64,000 bases of DNA, from NCBI GenBank assembly GCA_023665205.1, contig JAMPEJ010000005.1, positions 10,331 to 74,330 of the forward strand, written 5' to 3'. Shown here one piece after another: positions 17,038 through 26,163 of the stretch. Under the pieces are notes generated by a model that saw only the letters and a program-made list of their open reading frames with translations, was not told the origin of the DNA and did not search any database. The translations under genes and the position numbers were made by a program. Origin of the DNA: Corallococcus sp. (GTDB lineage: Bacteria > Bacillota > Clostridia > Christensenellales > CAG-314). Numbering within the stretch: the stretch's first letter is position 1; every line of letters begins with the position of its first letter.

Positions 17038-17830
17038 AATCGTCCTCCAAAACCGCTTTTATTTCATCGCTGCCTTCGCGCTTAGTCACGGTAAAATCTT
17101 CAAACAAATCCGCCTGCTCTACATCGATTATCTGTAATTTCAGCAACTCCAAAATTGCCAAAAACGTCGTAATGTACTCGTTTCGTCCGGTATCCTCTGT
17201 AAAGAGTTGTGAAAACTTGAAAGAGTTTTCCGTCGTGAGGATATCCCTCAAAAGTGCCATTTTCTGCGCAACGGAAAAACTTTCGCGGGTGATAGCGCGC
17301 GAGACGTTTTCCGCCTGAGCCTTGATTTGCATCTTCATCAAAAATTTGGAAAATGCTTCCATAAAGCCGTCTACGCTCAAATTTTCTTTGATGACGGAAA
17401 CCTCTTTACCGACGTTTTTATCCGGCTCGCGGTAAAAACGGTCGACGTTTTCCTGTTCTTTCAGTTCGCCGACTATTTCCTTGAAAACCTTGTACTCCTC
17501 CAATTGACGGATAAGCACTTTTTCGGGAGATTCGTCGTCCGGATTGAGTTCCTGCAATACGGGGATAAGCGCGCGAGCCTTGATTTCCAGCAAAGTTGCC
17601 GCCATTGCCATGTATTCGCCGGCCTTGTTGATATCTATTTCCGACAGTTGATCCATATATTGCAAAAACTGTTCGGTAACTTGAGAAACGAAAATATCCT
17701 TTATTTCTATCTTGTTGGCTTTTACAAGTTCCAAAAGCAAATCGAGAGGCCCGTTAAAATTTGTAAGTTTCAGTTCCAACACCGACTGCTCGGTATCAAA
17801 CATATACTGTTGAGCGTATTCTTCCGTCAT
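17021..17830 (-). CDS. scpA: Segregation and condensation protein ScpA
   Basis: F.GPLDLLL.L, MAATLLEIKAR.L.P, TFLAILEL; start ATG 17830 overlaps the upstream stop. Confidence 0.96.
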   Translation of the reverse strand: MTEEYAQQYMFDTEQSVLELKLTNFNGPLDLLLELVKANKIEIKDIFVSQVTEQFLQYMDQLSEIDINKAGEYMAMAATLLEIKARALIPVLQELNPDDESPEKVLIRQLEEYKVFKEIVGELKEQENVDRFYREPDKNVGKEVSVIKENLSVDGFMEAFSKFLMKMQIKAQAENVSRAITRESFSVAQKMALLRDILTTENSFKFSQLFTEDTGRNEYITTFLAILELLKLQIIDVEQADLFEDFTVTKREGSDEIKAVLEDDYESFE

Positions 17831-18549
17831 AGAATCAACCCCCAAAACTTGATAAATCCAAGTTGTATTTTGCCGCCTATCCAACGAACGTACCAATCGA
17901 GCGGCGAGAAACTTGACAGCGCCGGCACGTAGGAACACACTGTATCCCACACTAGCAAAAACAACATAATGTACAAACTGTATCTACGCAAAAAGCGCAT
18001 AAAAGCGTTATTTTCCCCAGATAAGCTTGCGATAAGACGGTAGCCGTCCAACGGGAAAAGAGGAAGCAGATTGAACAACGCAAAAGAAACGTTCAGTACG
18101 ACCATAAACTGACAAAACATATACAGACAGTACATTGCGTAGTATGCTGAGTTTTTGTCGGCAAACGTCATACCGCCGATCGCAACGAAAGGCAACGCAA
18201 AAACAAACGCCAACAGCAAATTGGTAAATACGCCTGCCAGCGATACTGTAAAAGCGCCCCACCGCTTGTGCTTGAAATTGTTAGGATTGACGGGGACGGG
18301 ACGCGCCCAGCCGAAACCCACCAAAAGCAGCATCAAAAAGCCTACGATATCGAAGTGCTTTACCGGGTTTATAGAAAGGCGCCCCATTGCCTTAGCTGTG
18401 CCGTCGCCGTTCCACAAAGCCACCAGACCGTGGGCAAGTTCGTGCAAGACAAGAGCAAACACCAGAGCGAATATAAAGGCAAGAACGTTTAGCAAACCTT
18501 CGCGGCAAACGCCGTCGCCGAAATTTGTCAGTAAATCATATACGTACAT
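17827..18549 (-). CDS. Site-2 (M50) Zn metalloprotease
   Basis: HELAH, GWARPVPVN, FNLLPLFPLDG. Confidence 0.94.
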   Translation of the reverse strand: MYVYDLLTNFGDGVCREGLLNVLAFIFALVFALVLHELAHGLVALWNGDGTAKAMGRLSINPVKHFDIVGFLMLLLVGFGWARPVPVNPNNFKHKRWGAFTVSLAGVFTNLLLAFVFALPFVAIGGMTFADKNSAYYAMYCLYMFCQFMVVLNVSFALFNLLPLFPLDGYRLIASLSGENNAFMRFLRRYSLYIMLFLLVWDTVCSYVPALSSFSPLDWYVRWIGGKIQLGFIKFWGLIL

Positions 18550-18557
18550 ACTTGTTT

Positions 18558-18586
18558 ATTTTAGCAAAAAGCAAGCCAAAAGTCAA
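18558..18586 (-). promoter_or_regulatory. sigma-A promoter of the S2P-scpAB unit (probably leaderless)
   Basis: TTGACT-N17-TAAAAT with TGn; ATG only 8 nt downstream and no SD. Confidence 0.65.
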
Positions 18587-18868
18587 CAAAAGCATAGGCA
18601 TTAAGCAAGTTAGGGAAAAACAAATACTTTGCTAAACGTATGCGAATTTCTACACAATAAAATTTTGCAGATTGACGGCAACAGAGCCGCCGCGCCTATC
18701 CCCATTTAAGCATATTGCCAAAACGGTATGCCAACCGAAATTTTGCAGAAAAATGTTAAACGTTTGTAATGCCGAAAGCGACAAAAAAGCAATCCCGCAC
18801 TAAGGAGAAGGGAAAACGTCTCCGACGTGCAGAACTGCCTTTTTAGAGAAAACAATAACGATCCTTAA

Positions 18869-19414
18869 TTATTTTGTTGCGTTGATCGCAGCGTCAGTAC
18901 CGATCCAAAGAACCTTGCCGTCTACGCCGTAGTTGATCACGTCCATCATTTTTTTGCTGGTTTCCAATGCTTCCAACGCTGATTTGTAAGCTTCCTCACC
19001 CATCGTATCTTTCATAGCGTCAAGAGCCGCTTTGCTAGCCTCATAAGTGTCCTTTTGAGCCTTAACAAGTTTATCGTAATTATCGTACGCTTTCTTTGCC
19101 GTATCTTCGGTTTTGAACCAAATCATCATCAAAGTTTCGCCGATGTCGTCCTCTTTTTCCGATTCCAAAGCAGCATTAAGTGCCGCGTCAACGTCTTCTA
19201 CGCCAGCTCCGAGCATACTGGAAATCTGGCTGAGTCCGGGAAATGCTGCAATTTCTGTAGCGTCTTTGGACGCCTCTACTTCGTAATTAGCCTTTTCCAA
19301 ATTAGCCACTGCCGTTTCGTAATCAGTGTTGGGTTTCGGTGAGCAAGCAACCAGAGCCGTAAGAGCAAGCGCGCAAACCATAACCAACGCAAAGATTTTT
19401 GCAAGTTTTTTCAT
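18869..19414 (-). CDS. Lipoprotein of unknown function
   Basis: MKKLAKIF..ALTALVA-C lipobox; AAAAGGAG SD before ATG 19414. Confidence 0.85.
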   Translation of the reverse strand: MKKLAKIFALVMVCALALTALVACSPKPNTDYETAVANLEKANYEVEASKDATEIAAFPGLSQISSMLGAGVEDVDAALNAALESEKEDDIGETLMMIWFKTEDTAKKAYDNYDKLVKAQKDTYEASKAALDAMKDTMGEEAYKSALEALETSKKMMDVINYGVDGKVLWIGTDAAINATK

Positions 19415-19460
19415 CTTTTTTGTTCTCCTTTTTGTGTTATCCATTTTCAATGGTAATTAC

Positions 19461-19491
19461 ATTATACAGCGCATACCCCCCCCCGTGTCAA
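19461..19491 (-). promoter_or_regulatory. Consensus sigma-A promoter with a G9 tract in a 19-bp spacer (candidate phase-variable)
   Basis: TTGACA-cGGGGGGGGGtatgcgctg-TATAAT. Confidence 0.8.
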
Positions 19492-19870
19492 CAGTTTTGC
19501 CTGATTTTTTTGAGAAATATGCTAAAATTTACCGTAAAAAGATTATGAAATTACTGTGCGTAACGTACGAATAAATCAAAAAGTTGAAGCAAGAATACGT
19601 TTTCGGGAGAAGAAAACAAACAGACAAGGCGACTGCACAAAGGCAATCGCCTAGTTTAATTTATTGACTCTATTTTTAGCAGTTTATCATTGTCCGCTTG
19701 AAAACTGTGAACGCAGTGAGCCGCAGGAGCGATGACCTTCGAACCGAAAAAACAGTTAAATTCGCTTAAAAGCGGCTCGGCAATTCTTGACCATCGTTTA
19801 TATCTGCAATTGAATATTTTTCACTGCGAGCACTGCTAAGCCAAAGAGAAAGCATTAGGACTTTGCAACA

Positions 19871-19985
19871 CCCTACCCTTCCGCGAACGATCAAAGGGAG
19901 CGAAACGCTGAAAGCGAGGGCATTGCGTCTTGCTACAATATTGAGCATAAGCTAAATCAAGGCGACAAACGCAATGCCGGAGCAA
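19871..19985 (-). repeat. ~115-nt structured element, copy A (directly 3' of dacF)
   Basis: Aligns by eye with 24364-24474; stem ggcattgcgt/acgcaatgcc; core CGCGAACGA.C.AAGGGAG.GA. Confidence 0.7.
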
Positions 19986-21122
19986 CTATATGATATCGAG
20001 AACGTAATCCCAGTAGGATTTTGTCGCGACGTCGGTTTTAGCGATCAAATCAACTTTTGCAATTTCTTTCCCGTTTGCGTCCACTAACGTTGCCTCACCG
20101 ACTTTGTCGCCGGCCTTTAGGGGAGCGGCAACTTCGCCGGTTTTGTAGATGACTTGACAGTTTCCTTCCTCGCCCTTTTTGCCAAAGGCAATAAGTTTAC
20201 CGTTAGCCGTTACGTCTACCGTTTTTTGCTTTCCGCCGCTGACTGCAACGGGATCGACGGAAGTAGCGCCGTCCAGATACACCTTGCTTTCGTAGTTGGC
20301 AAAGGCGTAGTTGAACATATCCGAGACTTCCTTAAACCGCGTTTTGCTGTCCGTTGCACCGACTACTACGGATATGATGCGTGTATCTCCGCGCTTAGCC
20401 GTTGCCGCAAGACAATGCATCGCTTCGTTGGTGTAGCCGGTTTTTCCTCCGTCGCAGCCTTCGTAGAAGCGCACCAAACGGTTGGTGTTGGTCATGCCTG
20501 TAACGCGTCCGTCGGGATGAACGTAGTCTTCCATCCAAACGTTAGCGCACTCGAAGTAATGCGGATGTTGGATCACTTGCGCCAACATTGCGGCGACGTC
20601 CTTTGCGCAGGAAAATTGCGACACGTGAGGCAAACCCGTGCAGTTTTCAAAATGAGTGGCGACAAGGCCCAATTCTTCGGCTTTCGTGTTCATCTTGGCA
20701 ACGAAGTTTTCCACACTGCCGCTGACGTGTTCCGCCAAGGCAACGCAGCTGTCGTTGGCAGAACAGACGATTACGGATTTGACAAGATTGCCCAATTTGT
20801 GCGTCGTGTTGGCATCCAAAAATACCTGCGAACCGCCCATTGAGGCGGCGTTAGCGCTTACAAATACGTCGTCCTCCAAACTTGCCGCACCGTTGTCTAC
20901 GGCATCGTAAACTACAAGCAAAGTCATAAGTTTGGTCATACTGGCTATAGGACGCTTTTCTGTAGCGTTCTTTTCAAAAATAAGTTGTCCGTCCTCAGAC
21001 ATCAAATACGCTTCCTTGGCGGTGACGCTGACGGGAGCGGCTGCCTGCGCGCATGCAAACGTAGGCACAAGCAAACACGCCGCAAGCGTCAAACACAAGG
21101 CTGTAAGAATAATTTTCTTCAT
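19986..21122 (-). CDS. dacF: D-alanyl-D-alanine carboxypeptidase DacF
   Basis: SMTK, SMGGSQVFL, SAN, NTNRLVRFY.G.DG.KTG motifs; sigma-G/F promoter. Confidence 0.88.
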   Translation of the reverse strand: MKKIILTALCLTLAACLLVPTFACAQAAAPVSVTAKEAYLMSEDGQLIFEKNATEKRPIASMTKLMTLLVVYDAVDNGAASLEDDVFVSANAASMGGSQVFLDANTTHKLGNLVKSVIVCSANDSCVALAEHVSGSVENFVAKMNTKAEELGLVATHFENCTGLPHVSQFSCAKDVAAMLAQVIQHPHYFECANVWMEDYVHPDGRVTGMTNTNRLVRFYEGCDGGKTGYTNEAMHCLAATAKRGDTRIISVVVGATDSKTRFKEVSDMFNYAFANYESKVYLDGATSVDPVAVSGGKQKTVDVTANGKLIAFGKKGEEGNCQVIYKTGEVAAPLKAGDKVGEATLVDANGKEIAKVDLIAKTDVATKSYWDYVLDII

Positions 21123-21143
21123 AATTCCTCTCCTTTTTGCGGT

Positions 21144-21172
21144 TAGTATTTGCAGTTACGCAAGCAATATGC
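21144..21172 (-). promoter_or_regulatory. sigma-G/F-type promoter of dacF
   Basis: GCATA-N17-AATACTA. Confidence 0.6.
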
Positions 21173-21412
21173 ACAAATACAAACGGTAAGTAAAAGAGAA
21201 GGCAAACGCGTACTTTATTGCAGAGTTTTGTTTTAACCGCCAAATATAACAGCGCCGAAAGGCTGTTTGTAAGCCTAACGACGCTATTCTAAAAAACATT
21301 TCTGCGCTGTATTTGACGCTTGGCAGCAGAAAATATATTGCGTTTTTGTCGGAAACGACGAGAGTTTTCGTTACGGAAAATTTTGCAAATACAAAAATTC
21401 AATGCAAGTTTT

Positions 21413-21751
21413 TTAGGAATCGTACTTGTACGGAATCTTGTTTTTGCGTTCGCCTTTGAGATTTATTATGTACCCGCCCTCTACCTTGCACCACCAGCGC
21501 GGGTCGTTTTTGCACAAGTAGGAAAGCAGTTGCTCGTCGGTAACTGTACTTTCTTCCACGACTTCCAAGTCGCCCACATATATTTCGCAAATATTCACAT
21601 TTTCATACTCATCGTTTGTTTCAAACAAAACCTCAAATGTTCCAAAACGAATTTCCGGCAAATTTATCCAACCAATATCCCCTTGATGAATATTTTCTTT
21701 GAGATATTTCGATCTGTCTACTAATACTCGTACCTTGTCGTTGTATTTCAT
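21413..21751 (-). CDS. Orphan DUF4926-like immunity protein (paralog of 3038-3385)
   Basis: 34/67 identical in the N-domain and 27/30 in the C-terminal tail versus 3038-3385 (counted by hand). Confidence 0.75.
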   Translation of the reverse strand: MKYNDKVRVLVDRSKYLKENIHQGDIGWINLPEIRFGTFEVLFETNDEYENVNICEIYVGDLEVVEESTVTDEQLLSYLCKNDPRWWCKVEGGYIINLKGERKNKIPYKYDS

Positions 21752-21813
21752 TTTTTATCTCTCCATCCCGCAAAAATAGTGTTTGCTTTTAATTTCCCGT
21801 TAGGGAAAACTAT
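21748..21813 (-). pseudogene. 21-codon remnant of a toxin 3' end
   Basis: IVFPNGKLKANTIFAGWRDKK* versus MIFPDGTLKCNSYFGGMDKK* of 3382-4041; same ATGA overlap; in-frame TAA immediately upstream. Confidence 0.8.
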
Positions 21814-22134
21814 TTACGAAAAATTTTTCATAAAACAAAAATTCTCGATATTTGCACAACGAAAAAACGACTTGATTCACAAAGAAAAAAACGCACATTA
21901 TATCCGCACTGCATCGGCGGTATCCCAAAGCGCAGTTGAAAAAGCCCGAATCAACTGCGCATACGCATCGTAATTTTTTTGCCGCGCGCCATACGGTAAA
22001 TACGTGCAAATAAGAGGACAAGCGGCAATGCAGACGGCACGTCGAGGCAGTCAACTCCGTTGTGCGCAAAAAAAACCGCCGTCAAACACATTTGCCGACG
22101 AACGGTATTTATATTATTGCAACTGCAAAATGAC

Positions 22135-23283
22135 CTAACGCGTTATTCGTTCCCAAACGGACTTGGGACCGCCGCCGATACCCAGTTGTTCTTTAATCGT
22201 ATCGCAGATTACGTCAAATCCTTTTATCGTGCCGAGGTTTGTAGGAACAACGTCGCAACCGTATACAAGCAAAGGCGTGTACTCGCGCGTATGGTCGGTA
22301 TGAGCCTTATGCGTCGGATCGCAGCCGTGATCTCCGGTAACGTACAGCACGTCGTCGTGCTTCATAATTTTGATCAACTCCGCCACTTTCGCGTCGATTT
22401 CTTCCAGCGCTTCCGCATAGCCGAAAACGTCGCGACGATGCCCGTACTTCATATCCGTATCGACTAGGTTGACAAAAACCAATCCGTCGAAACTTTCCTT
22501 AGCAATTTCTATCGTCCTGTTCAGTCCGTCCAAATTGCTTGAAGTATGTATGCTGCGCGTAATGCCCTGACCGTTGAATATATACTCGATTTTTCCTACG
22601 GCAACGCTCTCCATACCTGCGTCTTTTACAAAGTCCAAAACGGTTTTTGCAGGAGGATTGAGCGAATAATCTTTGCGTTCCGAAGTGCGTGTAAAGGGGT
22701 ATTCTCCGGTAAACGGACGCGCAATAACGCGGCCAACGGCGTATTTTCCGGTGCAAAGAGCACGCGCCTTCTCGCACATACCGTAAAGGTCGTCGATCGT
22801 ATACTTGTCCATATGTACGGCAATTTGCAACACGCTGTCCGCAGAAGTGTACACTATAGGGCAGCCGGTTTTCAGGTGCTCGATGCCGAAATCCTTGATG
22901 ACTTCCGTTCCGCTGTAAGGCTTGTTGCAAAGAACCTTTGTGCCAAGGGCTTTTTCCAATTTGGAAATAAAATCTTTGGGAAAACCGTTAGGAAATGTGG
23001 GCAAAAACTCTTTGGTGATAACGCCGGCCATTTCCCAATGCCCTACCGTTGTGTCCTTGCCTTTGGAAAGTTCCTCCAAACGGGCGTAGGCGCCGGCAGG
23101 TTCGCGATCGTCGTTGTACGTGCCGTCAATATTGTATAGTCCCAGTTCCTGCAAGGTGGGGACGTTAAGGTCGTAGGCGTGGCGAATATTTTTGAGCGTG
23201 TTTGCTCCTGCATCGCCAAACAAATTACAATCGGGCATTGCGCCGATACCGAAACCGTCTATAACCAAAATAAAGGCTCTCAT
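22135..23283 (-). CDS. deoB: Phosphopentomutase
   Basis: V.DG.GIGA.PD, GKDTT.GHWE, YTSADSVLQIA, VGRVIARPF, YGHRRD, DHGCDPT, TDHTREY. Confidence 0.97.
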   Translation of the reverse strand: MRAFILVIDGFGIGAMPDCNLFGDAGANTLKNIRHAYDLNVPTLQELGLYNIDGTYNDDREPAGAYARLEELSKGKDTTVGHWEMAGVITKEFLPTFPNGFPKDFISKLEKALGTKVLCNKPYSGTEVIKDFGIEHLKTGCPIVYTSADSVLQIAVHMDKYTIDDLYGMCEKARALCTGKYAVGRVIARPFTGEYPFTRTSERKDYSLNPPAKTVLDFVKDAGMESVAVGKIEYIFNGQGITRSIHTSSNLDGLNRTIEIAKESFDGLVFVNLVDTDMKYGHRRDVFGYAEALEEIDAKVAELIKIMKHDDVLYVTGDHGCDPTHKAHTDHTREYTPLLVYGCDVVPTNLGTIKGFDVICDTIKEQLGIGGGPKSVWERITR

Positions 23284-23482
23284 ATAAATACCTCTCTCTT
23301 CTATTCGCTGTAAAATGCAAAAATCTACGGACTTGCAAAAACGCGCGACGTAAAATATCATTTTCCAAAATACTGCCGAAACTTAGCAACCGAAGTAATG
23401 CCGTTAAATCGCAAACAAAAGCGAACGCGTTGGAAAAAGATTATTACGTTACGATTATATCAAATATTTTTATTTTTAACAA

Positions 23483-24058
23483 TCAAATTAGAGCAGTTAG
23501 CGGACGCAACAACACAAAAATAAGCAATAATTTGACGATAGCCGCCGCAAACTGCAAGATTATTACAGGTTTGCAAGAACCGATAATTTGCTTGAAGTTG
23601 TTATTACAAGCGTCGTCCGCCCATATAAAAAAGCAACACAAAGTGTTGACGGCAAGTTCCGTCGCAAGCAGTACAAGAGCATATACGATCGCCCACACAC
23701 CCACGCACGTAAATGCTGCGCCGACGTTTGCGCCAAAATAAAATGCCCACAAAAACGCCGCAAAGATACACAAAAATTTAGTTTGACGCCACACGGAAAA
23801 CAGACAGAGCAACGCCGACAAGACCGCCGCCGAAAGCAAAAAAGCTAGCATAACGGAAAAGAAACCGCCGTAAAGCAACTTACAAGCATAGTCGTACCTG
23901 TTGTAGTACCACCAATTGTAATTGGAAATACAAAACACTGTGACACCGAGAGCCACTCCCAAAATAGCAAAAACACCGCACGCCACCGCCTTGGTTTTGT
24001 TAGTGCGGAACAATTGCAAAATATCGTCTAAATAATGTCTGAAAGAAAACGCGCCCAT
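23483..24058 (-). CDS. Integral membrane protein, SpoIIM-like
   Basis: About 5 TM segments; at the spoIIM position upstream of deoB; sigma-E-type promoter; sequence divergent. Confidence 0.5.
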   Translation of the reverse strand: MGAFSFRHYLDDILQLFRTNKTKAVACGVFAILGVALGVTVFCISNYNWWYYNRYDYACKLLYGGFFSVMLAFLLSAAVLSALLCLFSVWRQTKFLCIFAAFLWAFYFGANVGAAFTCVGVWAIVYALVLLATELAVNTLCCFFIWADDACNNNFKQIIGSCKPVIILQFAAAIVKLLLIFVLLRPLTALI

Positions 24059-24063
24059 ACTGT

Positions 24064-24092
24064 GTTGTATGAGCACAATAAGCGAAATATGC
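24064..24092 (-). promoter_or_regulatory. sigma-E-type promoter of the spoIIM-like gene
   Basis: GCATA-N16-CATACAAC, ATG 5 nt downstream. Confidence 0.6.
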
Positions 24093-24150
24093 ATTGCTTG
24101 CGGCAAGGTCTACGAAAGAACGCCAAAGTCGGATACCGTGCGTTGTCGCT

Positions 24151-24187
24151 AGATTTCTCCGCGCGCTTGCGCTTGGTCGAAATGACA
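24151..24187 (-). repeat. REP-like short palindromic element
   Basis: TGTCATTTCGACCAAGCGCAAGCGCGCGGAGAAATCT resembles widespread TGTCAT..CGA...GAAATCT intergenic repeats; single copy in this window. Confidence 0.5.
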
Positions 24188-24363
24188 TATTAAGCGTTAT
24201 TATACCATTCAAGTTTATATAGATAGCAGTAACTTTTTTTGTCTTATCTGCACAGGCTCTCGCAGAGCAAAGAACCAAGGTGTGCAATTCGCGGACTATC
24301 TAGCAAAGCGAGATCCGAGGCGCTAATTGCAATTACGGAGGTTTTCAAGTACAACTGTAACTG

Positions 24364-24474
24364 CCTTGCCCTTACGCGAACGACCGAAGGGAGTGATGCG
24401 CCAAGCGCAAGGGCATACGGACTTGGCGACATCGCAAAGCGCTAGGCGCCTAAGCCGTATGCCCGAGCGCCACC
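24364..24474 (-). repeat. ~110-nt structured element, copy B (directly 3' of spoIVB)
   Basis: Stem gggcatacgg/ccgtatgccc; core CGCGAACGACCGAAGGGAGTGA; aligns with 19871-19985. Confidence 0.7.
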
Positions 24475-25704
24475 TTAATTTTGCAACATCCATTTAGCAT
24501 AAATACCGTAACCGCGAGTGGGATCGTTTACAAAAACGTGCGTTACCGCGCCGACAAGTTTGCCGTTTTGCACTATCGGGCTGCCGCTCATTCCCTGCAC
24601 TATTCCGCCGGTTATTTCCAACAAACGTTTATCGGTAACGTGGATAACCATTCCCTTGTCGCCTTTGGTAGTTTGGCGGTTGGCTTTAACGATTTCTATA
24701 TCGAAATACTGCGGTTCTCCGCCGCTCACGGTACAATAAATTTGCGCTTTGCCTACCGCAACTTCCGATACGTCCGCAACGGGTACCGTTTGTTTACAAA
24801 ACGACGGCAAAGCGTTGAACGCGCCGAAGGCGCCGAATTTGTTGTTAAGATACAAACTGCCGATACGTTTTTCAAAAGAAAACGTTCCTTTCAATTCGCC
24901 GGCGGCACCGCGCTTGCCCTTGTTGACTCCGTTGATCGTGCAATTGAAAACTCCGCCGTTGTCGCACGCCACGATATTACCGTCGGGATCTGTTATAGGG
25001 TGACCGAGACTTCCGAACTTAAGATTTTTACGCACGTAAGTAAGCGTTCCGATGCCGCTGGAAGAATCGCGCGTCCACAACCCCAAACGGTATTGTCCCG
25101 CCGTCAAATCGGCCTGAGGAGTTACCGTCGCGGTACGCGTTTCGCCCTGACGGATATATTTTACGGCGAGTGGTTTTCCTTCGCTTTGAGAGGCGATTTC
25201 CACCAACTTTGCGGAACTGAATATTTTGCGGTTATCCAATTCTATTATAACGTCGTTTATTTGCAGTCCGGCAGTATGAGCAGGACAAACAAGTTGGCTT
25301 TCGCTATTGAAAAACTCGTTTAGACCTATTACCGTTACTCCGTCGCCGTCTATCGTAAGCCCCAAAGGATATCCGCCCAAATACACCTGTTCGGAAATTT
25401 TTTGCGAGGAAGCGCCGCAAAATAAATCGGCAACGTCGTCGATCAGTTGCGATAAGTCGTCTGCGTCAACGCCGGACCGAGAAAGAGACTGAGGTGACGT
25501 TGGCACGGCGAGGAATGCATCGTTTTGAACGGACTGTCCGATTGACGCCGAATCTTGCTGTAAGTCTGCTGCGCTCGTTTGTGTAGCAAGACAAATGTCT
25601 TGCGTAGAGGAATATGCGCAAAAATACGGCGCAAATCCCACTGCAAACAGAAAATTGCAACACAGCAAACACAATACAAATATTACGGTTAACTTAACTT
25701 TCAT
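24475..25704 (-). CDS. spoIVB: SpoIVB peptidase (S55, PDZ)
   Basis: GLW.RD...GIGTLT, LGHPITD, GGIVQGMSGSPIVQNGKLVGAVTHVFVNDP; GAGGTG SD before ATG 25704. Confidence 0.97.
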   Translation of the reverse strand: MKVKLTVIFVLCLLCCNFLFAVGFAPYFCAYSSTQDICLATQTSAADLQQDSASIGQSVQNDAFLAVPTSPQSLSRSGVDADDLSQLIDDVADLFCGASSQKISEQVYLGGYPLGLTIDGDGVTVIGLNEFFNSESQLVCPAHTAGLQINDVIIELDNRKIFSSAKLVEIASQSEGKPLAVKYIRQGETRTATVTPQADLTAGQYRLGLWTRDSSSGIGTLTYVRKNLKFGSLGHPITDPDGNIVACDNGGVFNCTINGVNKGKRGAAGELKGTFSFEKRIGSLYLNNKFGAFGAFNALPSFCKQTVPVADVSEVAVGKAQIYCTVSGGEPQYFDIEIVKANRQTTKGDKGMVIHVTDKRLLEITGGIVQGMSGSPIVQNGKLVGAVTHVFVNDPTRGYGIYAKWMLQN

Positions 25705-25731
25705 CCGGTACACCTCTTATGCTCGTAGGTC

Positions 25732-25760
25732 TAGTTTGTGAATATTAACGACAAATATGC
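25732..25760 (-). promoter_or_regulatory. sigma-G/F-type promoter of spoIVB
   Basis: GCATA-N17-CAAACTA. Confidence 0.65.
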
Positions 25761-26034
25761 GCTGTTATGTGTAACATAGTATTATACATACACGACTTTT
25801 CCGGCATAGATACGGGATGAGTGCCGTAAAAATTTAGTTTTAGCACAAAAGATTTATAGTTTTCCTAAACAATTGCACAGAAAAAATATAAGGATGAAAT
25901 TCAACGGAAAACGTCATTGCAACGGCGCGGCAGCTAAGTATTTAAGGAAACGACAACGCATCAATATATTTTTAACAGTCAAAAGCTTTATAAGATTAAA
26001 ACCGTAACTGCAACATGCACCGCTCTTACAAAAC

Positions 26035-26061
26035 AAAAAAAAACGGCCGCAAAAGCGGCCG
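26035..26061 (-). terminator. terminator after recN
   Basis: cggccgc-tttt-gcggccg plus T9. Confidence 0.8.
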
Positions 26062-26163
26062 AGAATAACTGAAAGAAAATTTCAAAAAAATCTGTTTTTA
26101 ATTTGCCGGACAAAAAATGACGGAATCGTTTACTTACAGCAAAAGTCTGTCCGTTTTCAAAAA

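Noticed and set aside
19620-19870. Further imperfect hairpins (gagccgc/gcggctc; aggcga/tcgcct) between element A and the lipoprotein promoter, considered as a riboswitch
   Set aside because: They lie upstream of the lipoprotein promoter rather than in its 5' UTR and match no aptamer I recognise; more likely a dacF terminator plus decayed repeats
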